In this document: one piece after another, positions 35,001-50,000 of the stretch
Numbering within the stretch: position 1 is the stretch's first letter
How the letters are laid out: each line of letters begins with the position of its first letter
Source of the DNA: Balanoglossus misakiensis
Taxonomy: Eukaryota; Animalia; Hemichordata
NCBI GenBank assembly: GCA_040954595.2
Contig: CM082580.2
Span: 62,001-126,000 of the forward strand
Length of the DNA: 64,000 bases
Direction: 5' to 3'
Notes under the pieces: generated by a model
What the model was told of the DNA's origin: nothing
Seen by the model: the letters and a program-made list of their open reading frames with translations, nothing else
Databases searched by the model: none
Position numbers and translations under genes: made by a program

Positions 35001-38000
35001 TATTTTTCAAAAACCGACGAAATTTTGAGATTTTGCAAAGTCGAAAATTTGTCATTTTTTGATGATTTTCACCCATATTATTTTTTAAAAACCGACGAAA
35101 TTTTGAGATTTTGCAAAGACGAAAATTTGTCATTTTTTGATGATTTTCACCAATGATTTTTTCAAAAATTGACGAAATTTTGAGATTTTGCAAAGTCGAA
35201 AATTTGTCATTTTTTGATGATTTTCCCCCGTTTTTTTTTAAAATGGACGAAATTTTGAGATTTTGCAAAGACGAAAATTTGTCATTTTTTGATGATTTTC
35301 ACCCGTTTTTTTTTCAAAATTTGTCATTTTGTGATGATTTTCACCCATGATTTTTTCAAAAATTGACGAAATTTTGAGATTTTGCAAAGTCGAAAATTTT
35401 GTCATTTTTTGATGATTTTCAACCATGATTTTTTTTCAAAAATCGACGAAAATTTGAGATTTTGCAAAGACGAAAATTTGTCATTTTTGATGATTTTTAC
35501 CCATGATTTTTATTCAAAAATGGACGAAATTTTGAGATTTTGCAAAGACGAAAATTTGTCATTTTTTGATGATTTTCACCCATGATTTTTTTTCAAAAAT
35601 CGACGAAATTTTGAGATTTTGCAAAGTCGAAAATTTGTCATTTTTTGATGATTTTCACCAATATTATTTTTCAAAAACCGACGAAATTTTGAGATTTTGC
35701 AAAGACGAAAATTTGTCATTTTTGATGATTTTTACCCATGATTTTTATTCAAAAATCTACTAAATTTTGAGATTTTGCAAAGTCGAAAATTTGTCATTTT
35801 TTGATGATTTTCACCAATGATTTTTTACAAAAATCGACGAAATTTTGAGATTTTGCAAAGTCGAAAATTTGTAATTTTTTGATGATTTTCACCCATGATT
35901 TTTTTCAAAAATTGACGAAATTGTGAGATTTTGCAAAGTCGATAATTTGTCATTTTTTGATGATTTTCCCCCAATGGTTTTTTTCAAAATCGACGAAATT
36001 TTGAGATTTTGCAAAGTCGAAAATTTGTCATTTTTTGATGATTTTCCCCCATGTTTTTTTTTTAAATGGACGAAATTTTGAGATTTTGCAAAGACGAAAA
36101 TTTGTCATTTTTTGATGATTTTTACCCATGATTTTTTTTCAAAAATGGACGAAATTTTGAGATTTTGCAAAATCGAAAATTTGTCATTTTTTGATGATTT
36201 TCACCCATATTATTTTTCAAAAACCGACGAAATTTTGAGATTTTGCAAAGTCGAAAATTTGTCATTTTTTGATGATTTTCACCCATATTATTTTTTAAAA
36301 ACCGACGAAATTTTGAGATTTTGCAAAGACGAAAATTTGTCATTTTTTGATGATTTTCACCAATGATTTTTTCAAAAATTGACGAAATTTTGAGATTTTG
36401 CAAAGTCGAAAATTTGTCATTTTTTGATGATTTTCCCCCGTTTTTTTTTTAAAATGGACGAAATTTTGAGATTTTGCAAAGACGAAAATTTGTCATTTTT
36501 TGATGATTTTCACCCGTTTTTTTTTCAAAATTTGTCATTTTGTGATGATTTTCACCCATGATTTTTTCAAAAATTGACGAAATTTTGAGATTTTGCAAAG
36601 TCGAAAATTTGTCATTTTTTGATGATTTTCACCCGTTTTTTTTTCAAAATTTGTCATTTTGTGATGATTTTCACCCATGTTTTTTTTTAAAAATCGACGA
36701 ACCTATGATTTTTTTCAAAATCGACGAAATTGTGAGATTTACAAAGTCGAAAATGTGTCATTTTTTGATGATTTTCACCCATGTTTTTTTTTTAAAAATC
36801 GACGAACCTATGATTTTTTTCAAAATCGACGAAATTTTGTGATTTTGCAAAGTCGAAAATTTTGTCATTTTTTGATGATTTTCAACCCTGATTTTTTTCA
36901 AAAATCGACGAAATTTTGAGATTTTGCAAAATCGAAAATTTGTCATTTTTTGATGATTTTCCCCCAATGTTTTTTTTCAAAATTTACGAAATTTTGAGAT
37001 TTTGCAAAGTCGAAAATTTGTCATTTTTTGATGATTTTCACCCATGATTTTTTCAAAAATCGACGAAATTGTGAGATTTTGCAAAGTCGAAAATTTGTCA
37101 TTTTTTGATGATTTTCACCCATGATTTTTTTCAAAAATCGACGAAATGTTGAGATTTTGCAAAGTCGAAAATGTGTCATTTTTTGATGATTTTCACCCAT
37201 GATTTTTTTTCAAAAATCGACGAAATTTTTAGATTTTTCAAAGTCCAAAATGTGTCATTTTTTCATGATTTTCACCCATGATTTTTTTCAAAAATCGACT
37301 AAATGTTGAGATTTTGCAGTCAAAAATTTGTCATTTTTTGATGATTTTCCCCCATATTATTTTTTAAAAACCGACGAAATTTTGAGATTTTGCAAAGACG
37401 AAAATTTGTCATTTTTTGATGATTTTCACCAATGATTTTTCAAAAATTGACGAAATTTTGAGATTTTGCAAAGTCGAAAATTTGTCATTTTTTGATGATT
37501 TTCCCCCGTTTTTTTTTTAAAATGGACGAAATTTTGAGATTTTGCAAAGACGAAAATTTGTCATTTTTTGATGATTTTCACCCGTTTTTTTTCAAAATTT
37601 GTCATTTTGTGATGATTTTCACCCATGATTTTTTCAAAAATTGACGAAATTTTGAGATTTTGCAAAGTCGAAAATTTGTCATTTTTTGATGATTTTCACC
37701 CATGATTTTTTTCAAAAATCGACGAAATGTTGAGATTTTGCAGTCAAAAATTTGTCATTTTTTGATTATTTTCACCCATATTATTTTTCAAAAACCGACG
37801 AAATTTTGAGATTTTGCAAAGACGAAAATTTGTCATTTTTTGATGATTTTCACCCATGATTTTTTCAAAAATTGACGAAATTTTGAGATTTTGCAAAGTC
37901 GAAAATTTGTCATTTTTTGATGATTTTCACCCATGATTTTTTTCAAAAATCCACGAAATTTTGAGATTTTGCAAAGTCGAACATTTGTCATTTTTTGATG

Positions 38001-41000
38001 ATTTTCGCCCATGTTTTTTTTTGAAAATTGACGAAATTTTGAGATTTTGCAAAGACGAAAATTTGTCATTTTTTGATGATTTTCACCCATGATTTTTTCA
38101 AAAATTGACGAAATTTTGAGATTTTGCAAAGACGAAAATTTGTTATTTTTTGATGATTTTCACCCATGATTTTTTCAAAAATTGACGAAATTTTGAGATT
38201 TTGCAAAGTCGAAAATTTGTCATTTTTTGATGATTTTCACACATGATTTTTTTCAAAAATCGACGAAATTGTGAGATTTTGCAAAGACGACGAAAATGTG
38301 TCATTTTTTGATGATTTTTACCCATGATTTTTATTCAAAAATCGACTAAATTTTGAGATTTTGCAAAGTCGAAAATTTGTCATTTTTTGATGATTTTCTC
38401 CAATGATTTTTTACAAAAATCGACGAAATTTTGAGATTTTGCAAAGTCGAAAATTTGTAATTTTTTGATGATTTTCACCCATGATTTTTTTCAAAAATTG
38501 ACGAAATTGTGAGATTTTGCAAAGTCGATAATTTGTCATTTTTTGATGATTTTCCCCCAATGGTTTTTTTCAAAATCGACGAAATTTTGAGATTTTGCAA
38601 AGTCGAAAATTTGTCATTTTTTGATGATTTTCCCCCATGTTTTTTTTTTAAATGGACGAAATTTTGAGATTTTGCAAAGACGAAAATTTGTCATTTTTTG
38701 ATGATTTTTACCCATGATTTTTTTTCAAAAATGGACGAAATTTTGAGATTTTGCAAAATCGAAAATTTGTCATTTTTTGATGATTTTCACCCATATTATT
38801 TTTCAAAAACCGACGAAATTTTGAGATTTTGCAAAGTCGAAAATTTGTCATTTTTTGATGATTTTCACCCATATTATTTTTTAAAAACCGACGAAATTTT
38901 GAGATTTTGCAAAGACGAAAATTTGTCATTTTTTGATGATTTTCACCAATGATTTTTTCAAAAATTGACGAAATTTTGAGATTTTGCAAAGTCGAAAATT
39001 TGTCATTTTTTGATGATTTTCCCCCGTTTTTTTTTAAAATGGACGAAATTTTGAGATTTTGCAAAGACGAAAATTTGTCATTTTTTGATGATTTTCACCC
39101 GTTTTTTTTTCAAAATTTGTCATTTTGTGATGATTTTCACCCATGATTTTTTCAAAAATTGACGAAATTTTGAGATTTTGCAAAGTCGAAAATTTGTCAT
39201 TTTTTGATGATTTTCACCCGTTTTTTTTTCAAAATTTGTCATTTTGTGATGATTTTCACCCATGTTTTTTTTAAAAAATCGACGAACCTATGATTTTTTT
39301 CAAAATCGACGAAATTGTGAGATTTACAAAGTCGAAAATGTGTCATTTTTTGATGATTTTCACCCATGTTTTTTTTTTAAAAATCGACGAACCTATGATT
39401 TTTTTCAAAATCGACGAAATTTTGTGATTTTGCAAAGTCGAAAATTTTGTCATTTTTTGATGATTTTCAACCCTGATTTTTTTCAAAAATCGACGAAATT
39501 TTGAGATTTTGCAAAATCGAAAATTTGTCATTTTTTGATGATTTTCCCCCAATGGTTTTTTTCAAAATCGACGAAATTTTGAGATTTTGCAAAGTCGAAA
39601 ATTTGTCATTTTTTGATGATTTTCACCCATGATTTTTTCAAAAATCGACGAAATTGTGAGATTTTGCAAAGTCGAAAATTTGTCATTTTTTGATGATTTT
39701 CACCCATGATTTTTTTCAAAAATCGACGAAATGTTGAGATTTTGCAAAGTCGAAAATGTGTCATTTTTTGATGATTTTCACCCATGATTTTTTTTCAAAA
39801 ATCGACGAAATTTTTAGATTTTTCAAAGTCCAAAATGTGTCATTTTTTCATGATTTTCACCCATGATTTTTTTCAAAAATCGACTAAATGTTGAGATTTT
39901 GCAGTCAAAAATTTGTCATTTTTTGATGATTTTCCCCCATATTATTTTTTAAAAACCGACGAAATTTTGAGATTTTGCAAAGACGAAAATTTGTCATTTT
40001 TTGATGATTTTCACCAATGATTTTTCAAAAATTGACGAAATTTTGAGATTTTGCAAAGTCGAAAATTTGTCATTTTTTGATGATTTTCCCCCGTTTTTTT
40101 TTTTAAATGGACGAAATTTTGAGATTTTGCAAAGACGAAAATTTGTCATTTTTTGATGATTTTCACCCATGATTTTTTCAAAAATTGACGAAATTTTGAG
40201 ATTTTGCAAAGTCGAAAATTTGTCATTTTTTGATGATTTTCACCCATGATTTTTTTCAAAAATCGACGAAATGTTGAGATTTTGCAGTCAAAAATTTGTC
40301 ATTTTTTGATTATTTTCACCCATATTATTTTTCAAAAACCGACGAAATTTTGAGATTTTGCAAAGACGAAAATTTGTCATTTTTTGATGATATTCACCCA
40401 TGATTTTTTCAAAAATTGACGAAATTTTGAGATTTTGCAAAGTCGAAAATTTGTCATTTTTTGATGATTTTCACCCATGATTTTTTTCAAAAATCGACGA
40501 AATTTTGAGATTTTGCAAAGTCGAACATTTGTCATTTTTTGATGATTTTCCCCCATGTTTTTTTTTGAAAATTGACGAAATTTTGAGATTTTGCAAAGAC
40601 GAAAATTTGTCATTTTTTGATGATTTTCACCCATGATTTTTTCAAAAATTGACGAAATTTTGAGATTTTGCAAAGACGAAAATTTGTTATTTTTTGATGA
40701 TTTTCACCCATGATTTTTTCAAAAATTGACGAAATTTTGAGATTTTGCAAAGTCGAAAATTTGTCATTTTTTGATGATTTTCACACATGATTTTTTTCAA
40801 AAATCGACGAAATTGTGAGATTTTGCAAAGACGACGAAAATGTGTCATTTTTTGATGATTTTCACCCGTTTTTTTTCAAAATTTGTCATTTTTTGATGAT
40901 TTTCACCCATGTTTTTTTTTTTTTAAATCGACGAACCTATGATTTTTTTCAAAATCGACGAAATTTTGTGATTTTACAAAGTCGAAAATTTTGTCATTTT

Positions 41001-44000
41001 TTGACGATTTTCAACCATGATTTTTTTTCAAAAATCGACGAAAATTTGAGATTTTGCAAAGACGAAAATTTGTCATTTTTGATGATTTTACCCATGATTT
41101 TTTTTCAAAAATGGACGAAATTTTGAGATTTTGCAATGACGAAGATTTGTCATTTTTTGATGATTTTCACCCATGATTTTTTTTCAAAAATCGACGAAAT
41201 TTTGAGATTTTGCAAAGAGGAAAATTTGTCATTTTTTCATGATTTTCACCCATGGTTTTTTTTCCAAAAATCGACGAAATTTTGAGATTTTGCAAAGTCG
41301 TAAATGTGTCATTTTTTGATGATTTTCCCCCATGTTTTTTTTTTAAATGGACGAAATTTTGAGATTTTGCAAAGACGAAAATTTGTTATTTTTTGATGAT
41401 TTTCACCCATGATTTTTTCAAAAATTGACGAAATTTTGAGATTTTGCAAAGTCGAAAATTTGTCATTTTTTGATGATTTTCACACATGATTTTTTTCAAA
41501 AATCGACGAAATTGTGAGATTTTGCAAAGACGAAAATTTGTCATTTTATGATGATTTTTACCCATGATTTTTTTTCAAAAATGGACGAAATTTTGAGGTT
41601 TTGCAAAGTCGAAAATTTGTTATTTTTTGATGATTTTCACCCATGTCTTTTTTTAAAAAACGACGAAATTTTGAGATTTTGCAAAGAGGAAAATTTGTCA
41701 TTTTTTCATGATTTTCCCCCATGATTTTTTTCAAAAATCGACGAAATTTTGAGATTTTGCAAAGTCGACGAAAATGTGTCATTTTTTGATGATTTTCACC
41801 CGTTTTTTTTCAAAATTTGTCATTTTTTGATGATTTTCACCCATGTTTTTTTTTTATAAAATCGACGAACCTATGATTTTTTTCAAAATCGACGAAATTT
41901 TGTGATTTTACAAAGTCGAAAATTTTGTCATTTTTTGATGATTTTCAACCATGATTTTTTTTCAAAAATCGACGAAAATTTGAGATTTTGCAAAGACGAA
42001 AATTTGTCATTTTTGATGATTTTTACCCATGATTTTTTTTCAAAAATGGACGAAATTTTGAGATTTTGCAAAGACGAAAATTTGTCATTTTTTGATGATT
42101 TTCACCAATGATTTTTTTTCAAAAATCGACGAAATTTTGAGATTTTGCAAAGAGGAAAATTAGTCATTTTTTCATGATTTTCAGCCATGGTTTTTTTCCA
42201 AAAATCGACGAAATTTTGAGATTTTGCAAAGTCGTAAATGTGTCATTTTTTGATGATTTTCACCCATTTTTTTTTCAAAATTTGTCATTTTGTGATGATT
42301 TTCACCCATGTTTTTTTTTAAAAAATCGACGAACCTATGATTTTTTTCAAAAATCGACGAAATTTTGAGATTTTGCAAAGTCGACGAAAATGTGTCATTT
42401 TTTGATGATTTTCACCCATGATTTTTTTTCAAAAATCGACGAAATTTTGAGATTTTGCAAAGTCGTAAATGTGTCATTTTTTGATGATTTTCACCCGGTT
42501 TTTTTTCAAAAATCGACGAAATTTTGAGATTTTGCAAAGTCGTAAATGTGTCATTTTTTGATGATTTTCACCCGTTTTTTTTTCAAAATTTGTCATTTTT
42601 TGATGATTTTCACCCATGTTTTTTTTAAAAAAATCGACGAACCTATGATTTGTTTCAAAATCGACGTAATTTTGTGATTTTACAAAGTCGAAAATTTTGT
42701 CATTTTTTGATGATTTTCACCCTTGATTTTCTTCAAAAATCGACGAAATTTTGAGATTTTGCAAAGTCGAAAATTTATCATTTTTTGATGATTTTCACCC
42801 ATGTTTTTTTTTAAAAAATCGACGAACCTATGATTTTTTTCAAAATCGACGAAATTTTGTGATTTTACAAAGTCGAAAATTTTGTCATTTTTTGATGATT
42901 TTCAACCATGATTTTTTTTCAAAAATCGACGAAAATTTGAGATTTTGCAAAGACGAAAATTTGTCATTTTTGATGATTTTTACCCATATTATTTTTCAAA
43001 AACCGACGAAATTTTGAGATTTTGCAAAGTCGAAAATTTGTCATTTTTGATGATTTTTACCCATGATTTTTTTTCAAAAATGGACGAAATTTTGAGATTT
43101 TGCAAAGACGAAAATTTGTCATTTTTTGATGATTTTCACCCATGATTTTTTTTCAAAAATCGACGAAATTTTTAGATTTTGCAAAGTCGAACATTTGTCA
43201 TTTTTTGATGATTTTTACCCGTTTTTATTTAAAAAAATCGACGAACCCATGATTTTTTTCAAAACCGACGAAATTTTGAGATTTTGCAAAGTCGAAAATT
43301 TGTCATTTTTTGATGATTTTCACCCATGATTTTTTTCAAAAATCGACGAAATTTTGAGATTTTGCAGTCAAAAATTTGTCATTTTTTGATGATTTTCACC
43401 CATATTATTTTTCAAAAACCGACGAAATTTTGAGATTTTGCAAAGACGAAAATTTGTCATTTTTTGATGATTTTCACCCATGATTTTTTCAAAAATTGAC
43501 GAAATTTTGAGATTTTGCAAAGTCGAAAATTTGTCATTTTTTGATGATTTTCACCCATGATTTTTTTTCAAAAATCGACGAAATTTTGAGATTTTGCAAA
43601 GTCGAAAATTTGTCATTTTTTGATGATTTTCCCCCGTTTTTTTTTTAAAATGGACGAAATTTTGAGATTTTGCAAAGACGAAAATTTGTCATTTTTTGAT
43701 GATTTTCACCCATGATTTTTTCAAAAATTGACGAAATTTTGAGATTTTGCAAAGTCGAAAATTTGTCATTTTTTGATGATTTTCACACATGATTTTTTTC
43801 AAAAATCGACGAAATTGTGAGATTTTGCAAAGACGAAAATTTGTCATTTTTTGATGATTTTTACCCATGATTTTTTTTCAAAAATGGACGAAATTTTGAG
43901 ATTTTGCAAAGTCGAAAATTTGTTATTTTTTGATGATTTTCACCCATGTCTTTTTTTAAAAATCGACGAAATTTTGAGATTTTGCAGAGGAAAATTTGTC

Positions 44001-47000
44001 ATTTTTTCATGATTTTCCCCCATGATTTTTTTCAAAAATCGACGAAATTTTGAGATTTTGCAAAGTCGACGAAAATGTGTCATTTTTTGATGATTTTCAC
44101 CCGTTTTTTTTTCAAAATTTGTCATTTTTTCATGATTTTCACCCATGATTTTTTTTCAAAAATCGACGAAATTTTGAGATTTTGCCAAGTCGTAAATGTG
44201 TCATTTTTTGATGATTTTCACCAGTTTTTTTTTTCAAAATTTGTCATTTTTTCATGATTTTCCCCCATGATTTTTTTCAAAAATCGACGAAAATTTGAGA
44301 TTTCGCAAAGACGAAAATTTGTCATTTTTGATGATTTTTACCCATGATTTTTTTTCAAAAATGAACGAAATTTTGAGATTTTGCAAAGACGAAAATTTGT
44401 CATTTTTTGATGATTTTCACCCATGATTTTTTTTCAAAAAACGACGAAATTTTGAGATTTTGCAAAGAGGAAAATTTGTCTTTTTTTCATGATTTTCACC
44501 CATGATTTTTTTCAAAAATCGACGAAATTTTGAGATTTTGCAAAGAGGAAAATTTGTCATTTTTTCATGATTTTCCCCCATGATTTTTTTCAAAAATCGA
44601 CGAAAATTTGAAATTTTGCAAAGACGAAAATTTGTCATTTTTGATGATTTTTACCCATGATTTTTTTTCAAAAATGGACGAAATTTTGAGATTTTGCAAA
44701 GACGAAAATTTGTCATTTTTTGATGATTTTCACCAATGATTTTTTTTCAAAAAACGACGAAATTTTGAGATTTTGCAGAGGAAAATGTGTCATTTTTTGA
44801 TGATTTTCACCCGTTTTTTTTTCAAAATTTGTCATTTTTTGATGATTTTCACCCATGTTTTTTTTTGAAAAATCGACGAACCTATGATTTTTTTCAAAAT
44901 CGACGAAATTTTGTGATTTTACAAAGTCGAAAATTTTGTCATTTTTTGATGATTTTCAACCATGATTTTTTTTCAAAAATCGACGAAAATTTGAGATTTT
45001 GCAAAGACGAAAATTTGTCATTTTTGATGATTTTTACCCATGATTTTTTTTCAAAAATGGACGAAATTTTGAGATTTTGCAAAGACGAAAATTTGTCATT
45101 TTTTGATGATTTTCACCCATGATTTTTTTTCAAAAATCGACGAAATTTTGAGATTTTGCAGAGAGGAAAATTTGTCATTTTTTCATGATTTTCCCCCATG
45201 ATTTTTTTCAAAAATCGACGAAATGTTGAGATTTTGCAAAGTCGAAAATTTGTCATTTTTTGATGATTTTCACCCATGATTTTTTTCAAAAATGGACGAA
45301 ATTTTGAGATTTTGCAAAGACGAAAATTTGTCATTTTTTGATGATTTTCACCCATGATTTTTTTTCAAAAATCGACGAAATTTTAAGATTTTGCAAAGAG
45401 GAAAATTTGTCATTTTTTCATGATTTTCCCCCATGATTTTTTTCAAAAATCGACGAAATTTTGAGATTTTGCAAAGTCGAAAATTTTGTCATTTTTTGAT
45501 GATTTTCAACCATGATTTTTTTTCAAAAATCGACGAAAATTTGAGATTTTGCAAAGATTAAAATTTGTCATTTTTGATGATTTTTACCCATAATTTTTTT
45601 TCAGAAATGGACGAAATTTTGAGATTTTGCAAAGACGAAAATTTGTCATTTTTTGATGATTTTCACCCATGATTTTTTTTCAAAAATCGACGAAATTTTG
45701 AGATTTTGCAAAGTCGAAAATTTGTTATTTTTTGATGATTTTCACCCATGTCTTTTTTTAAAAATCGACGAAATTTTGAGATTTTGCAAAGAGGAAAATT
45801 TGTCATTTTTTTCATGATTTTCCCCCATGATTTTTTTCAAAAATCGACGAAATTTTGAGATTTTGCAAAGTCGAAAATTTGTCATTTTTTGATGATTTTC
45901 ACCCATGTCTTTTTTCAAAAATCGAAAAAATTTTGAGATTTTGCAAAGTCGAAAATTTGTCATTTTTTGATGATTTTCACCCATGATTTTCTTCAAAAAT
46001 CGACGAAATTTTGAGATTTTGCAAAGTCGAAAATTTGTCATTTTTTGATGATTTTCACCTATGATTTTTTTCAAAAATCAACAAAATTTTGAGATTTTGC
46101 AAAGTCGAAAATTTGTCATTTTTTTGATGATTTTCACCCATGATTTTTTTCAAAAATCGACGAAATTTTGAGATTTTGCAAAGACGAAAATTTGTCATTT
46201 TTTGATGATTTTCACCCGTTTTTTTTCAAAATTTGTCATTTTGTGATGATTTTCACCCATGATTTTTTCAAAAATTGACGAAATTTTGAGATTTTGCAAA
46301 GTCGAAAATTTGTCATTTTTTGATGATTTTCACCCATGATTTTTTTCAAAAATCGACGAAATGTTGAGATTTTGCAGTCAAAAATTTGTCATTTTTTGAT
46401 TATTTTCACCCATATTATTTTTCAAAAACCGACGAAATTTTGAGATTTTGCAAAGACGAAAATTTGTCATTTTTTGATGATTTTCACCCATGATTTTTTC
46501 AAAAATTGACGAAATTTTGAGATTTTGCAAAGTCGAAAATTTGTCATTTTTTGATGATTTTCACCCATGATTTTTTTCAAAAATCGACGAAATTTTGAGA
46601 TTTTGCAAAGTCGAACATTTGTCATTTTTTGATGATTTTCCCCCATGTTTTTTTTTGAAAATTGACGAAATTTTGAGATTTTGCAAAGACGAAAATTTGT
46701 CATTTTTTGATGATTTTCACCCATGATTTTTTCAAAAATTGACGAAATTTTGAGATTTTGCAAAGACGAAAATTTGTTATTTTTTGATGATTTTCACCCA
46801 TGATTTTTCCAAAATTGACGAAATTTTGAGATTTTGCAAAGTCGAAAATTTGTCATTTTTTGATGATTTTCACACATGATTTTTTTCAAAAATCGACGAA
46901 ATTGTGAGATTTTGCAAAGACGACGAAAATGTGTCATTTTTTGATGATTTTCACCCGTTTTTTTTCAAAATTTGTCATTTTTTGATGATTTTCACCCATG

Positions 47001-50000
47001 TTTTTTTTTTTTTAAATCGACGAACCTATGATTTTTTTCAAAATCGACGAAATTTTGTGATTTTACAAAGTCGAAAATTTTGTCATTTTTTGACGATTTT
47101 CAACCATGATTTTTTTTCAAAAATCGACGAAAATTTGAGATTTTGCAAAGACGAAAATTTGTCATTTTTGATGATTTTACCCATGATTTTTTTTCAAAAA
47201 TGGACGAAATTTTGAGATTTTGCAATGACGAAGATTTGTCATTTTTTGATGATTTTCACCCATGATTTTTTTTCAAAAATCGACGAAATTTTGAGATTTT
47301 GCAAAGAGGAAAATTTGTCATTTTTTCATGATTTTCACCCATGGTTTTTTTTCCAAAAATCGACGAAATTTTGAGATTTTGCAAAGTCGTAAATGTGTCA
47401 TTTTTTGATGATTTTCCCCCATGTTTTTTTTTTTAAATGGACGAAATTTTGAGATTTTGCAAAGACGAAAATTTGTTATTTTTTGATGATTTTCACCCAT
47501 GATTTTTTCAAAAATTGACGAAATTTTGAGATTTTGCAAAGTCGAAAATTTGTCATTTTTTGATGATTTTCACACATGATTTTTTTCAAAAATCGACGAA
47601 ATTGTGAGATTTTGCAAAGACGAAAATTTGTCATTTTATGATGATTTTTACCCATGATTTTTTTTCAAAAATGGACGAAATTTTGAGGTTTTGCAAAGTC
47701 GAAAATTTGTTATTTTTTGATGATTTTCACCCATGTCTTTTTTTAAAAAACGACGAAATTTTGAGATTTTGCAAAGAGGAAAATTTGTCATTTTTTCATG
47801 ATTTTCCCCCATGATTTTTTTCAAAAATCGACGAAATTTTGAGATTTTGCAAAGTCGACGAAAATGTGTCATTTTTTGATGATTTTCACCCGTTTTTTTT
47901 CAAAATTTGTTATTTTTTGATGATTTTCACCCATGTTTTTTTTTTTTAAAAATCGACGAACCTATGATTTTTTTCAAAATCGACGAAATTTTGTGATTTT
48001 ACAAAGTCGAAAATTTTGTCATTTTTTGATGATTTTCAACCATGATTTTTTTTCAAAAATCGACGAAAATTTGAGATTTTGCAAAGACGAAAATTTGTCA
48101 TTTTTGATGATTTTTACCCATGATTTTTTTTCAAAAATGGACGAAATTTTGAGATTTTGCAAAGACGAAAATTTGTCATTTTTTGATGATTTTCACCAAT
48201 GATTTTTTTTCAAAAATCGACGAAATTTTGAGATTTTGCAAAGAGGAAAATTAGTCATTTTTTCATGATTTTCAGCCATGGTTTTTTTCCAAAAATCGAC
48301 GAAATTTTGAGATTTTGCAAAGTCGTAAATGTGTCATTTTTTGATGATTTTCACCCATTTTTTTTTCAAAATTTGTCATTTTGTGATGATTTTCACCCAT
48401 GTTTTTTTTTAAAAAATCGACGAACCTATGATTTTTTTCAAAAATCGACGAAATTTTGAGATTTTGCAAAGTCGACGAAAATGTGTCATTTTTTGATGAT
48501 TTTCACCCATGATTTTTTTTCAAAAATCGACGAAATTTTAAGATTTTGCAAAGTCGTAAATGTGTCATTTTTTGATGATTTTCACCCGGTTTTTTTTCAA
48601 AAATCGACGAAATTTTGAGATTTTGCAAAGTCGTAAATGTGTCATTTTTTGATGATTTTCACCCGTTTTTTTTTCAAAATTTGTCATTTTTTGATGATTT
48701 TCACCCATGTTTTTTTTAAAAAAATCGACGAACCTATGATTTGTTTCAAAATCGACGTAATTTTGTGATTTTACAAAGTCGAAAATTTTGTCATTTTTTG
48801 ATGATTTTCACCCTTGATTTTCTTCAAAAATCGACGAAATTTTGAGATTTTGCAAAGTCGAAAATTTATCATTTTTTGATGATTTTCACCCATGTTTTTT
48901 TTTAAAAAATCGACGAACCTATGATTTTTTTCAAAATCGACGAAATTTTGTGATTTTACAAAGTCGAAAATTTTGTCATTTTTTGATGATTTTCAACCAT
49001 GATTTTTTTTCAAAAATCGACGAAAATTTGAGATTTTGCAAAGACGAAAATTTGTCATTTTTGATGATTTTTACCCATGATTTTTTTTCAAAAATGGACG
49101 AAATTTTGAGATTTTGCAAAGACGAAAATTTGTCATTTTTTGATGATTTTCACCCATGATTTTTTTTCAAAAATCGACGAAATTTTGAGATTTTGCAAAG
49201 AGGAAAATTTGTCATTTTTTGATGATTTTTACCCATGATTTTTTATTTTGAGATTTTGCAAAGTCGAAAATTTGTTATTTTTTGATGATTTTCACCCATG
49301 TCTTTTTTTAAAAATCGACGAAATTTTGAGATTTTGCAAAGAGGAAAATTTGTCATTTTTTCATGATTTTCCCCCATGATTTTTTTCAAAAATCGACGAA
49401 ATTTTGAGATTTTGCAAAGTCGACGAAAATGTGTCATTTTTTGATGATTTTCACCCATGATTTTTTTTCAAAAATGGACGAAATTTTGAGATTTTGCAAA
49501 GTCGAAAATTTGTTATTTTTTGATGATTTTCACCCGTCTTTTTTTAAAAATCGACGAAATTTTGAGATTTTGCAAAGAGGAAAATTTGTCATTTTTTTCA
49601 TGATTTTCCCCCATGATTTTTTTCAAAAATCTACGAAATTTTGAGATTTTGCAAAGTCGACGAAAATGTGTCATTTTTTGATGATTTTCACCCGTTTTTT
49701 TTCAAAAATCGACGAAATTTTGAGATTTTGCAAAATCGAAAATTTGTCATTTTTTGATGATTTTCACCCGTTTTTTTTTCAAAATTTGTCATTTTTTGAT
49801 GATTTTCACCCATGATTTTCTTCAAAAATCGACGAAATTTTGAGATTTTGCAAAGTCGAAAATTTGTCATTTTTTGATGATTTTCACCTATGATTTTTTT
49901 CAAAAATCAACAAAATTTTGAGATTTTGCAAAGTCGAAAATTTGTCATTTTTGATGATTTTTACCCATGATTTTTTTTCAAAAATGGACGAAATTTTGAG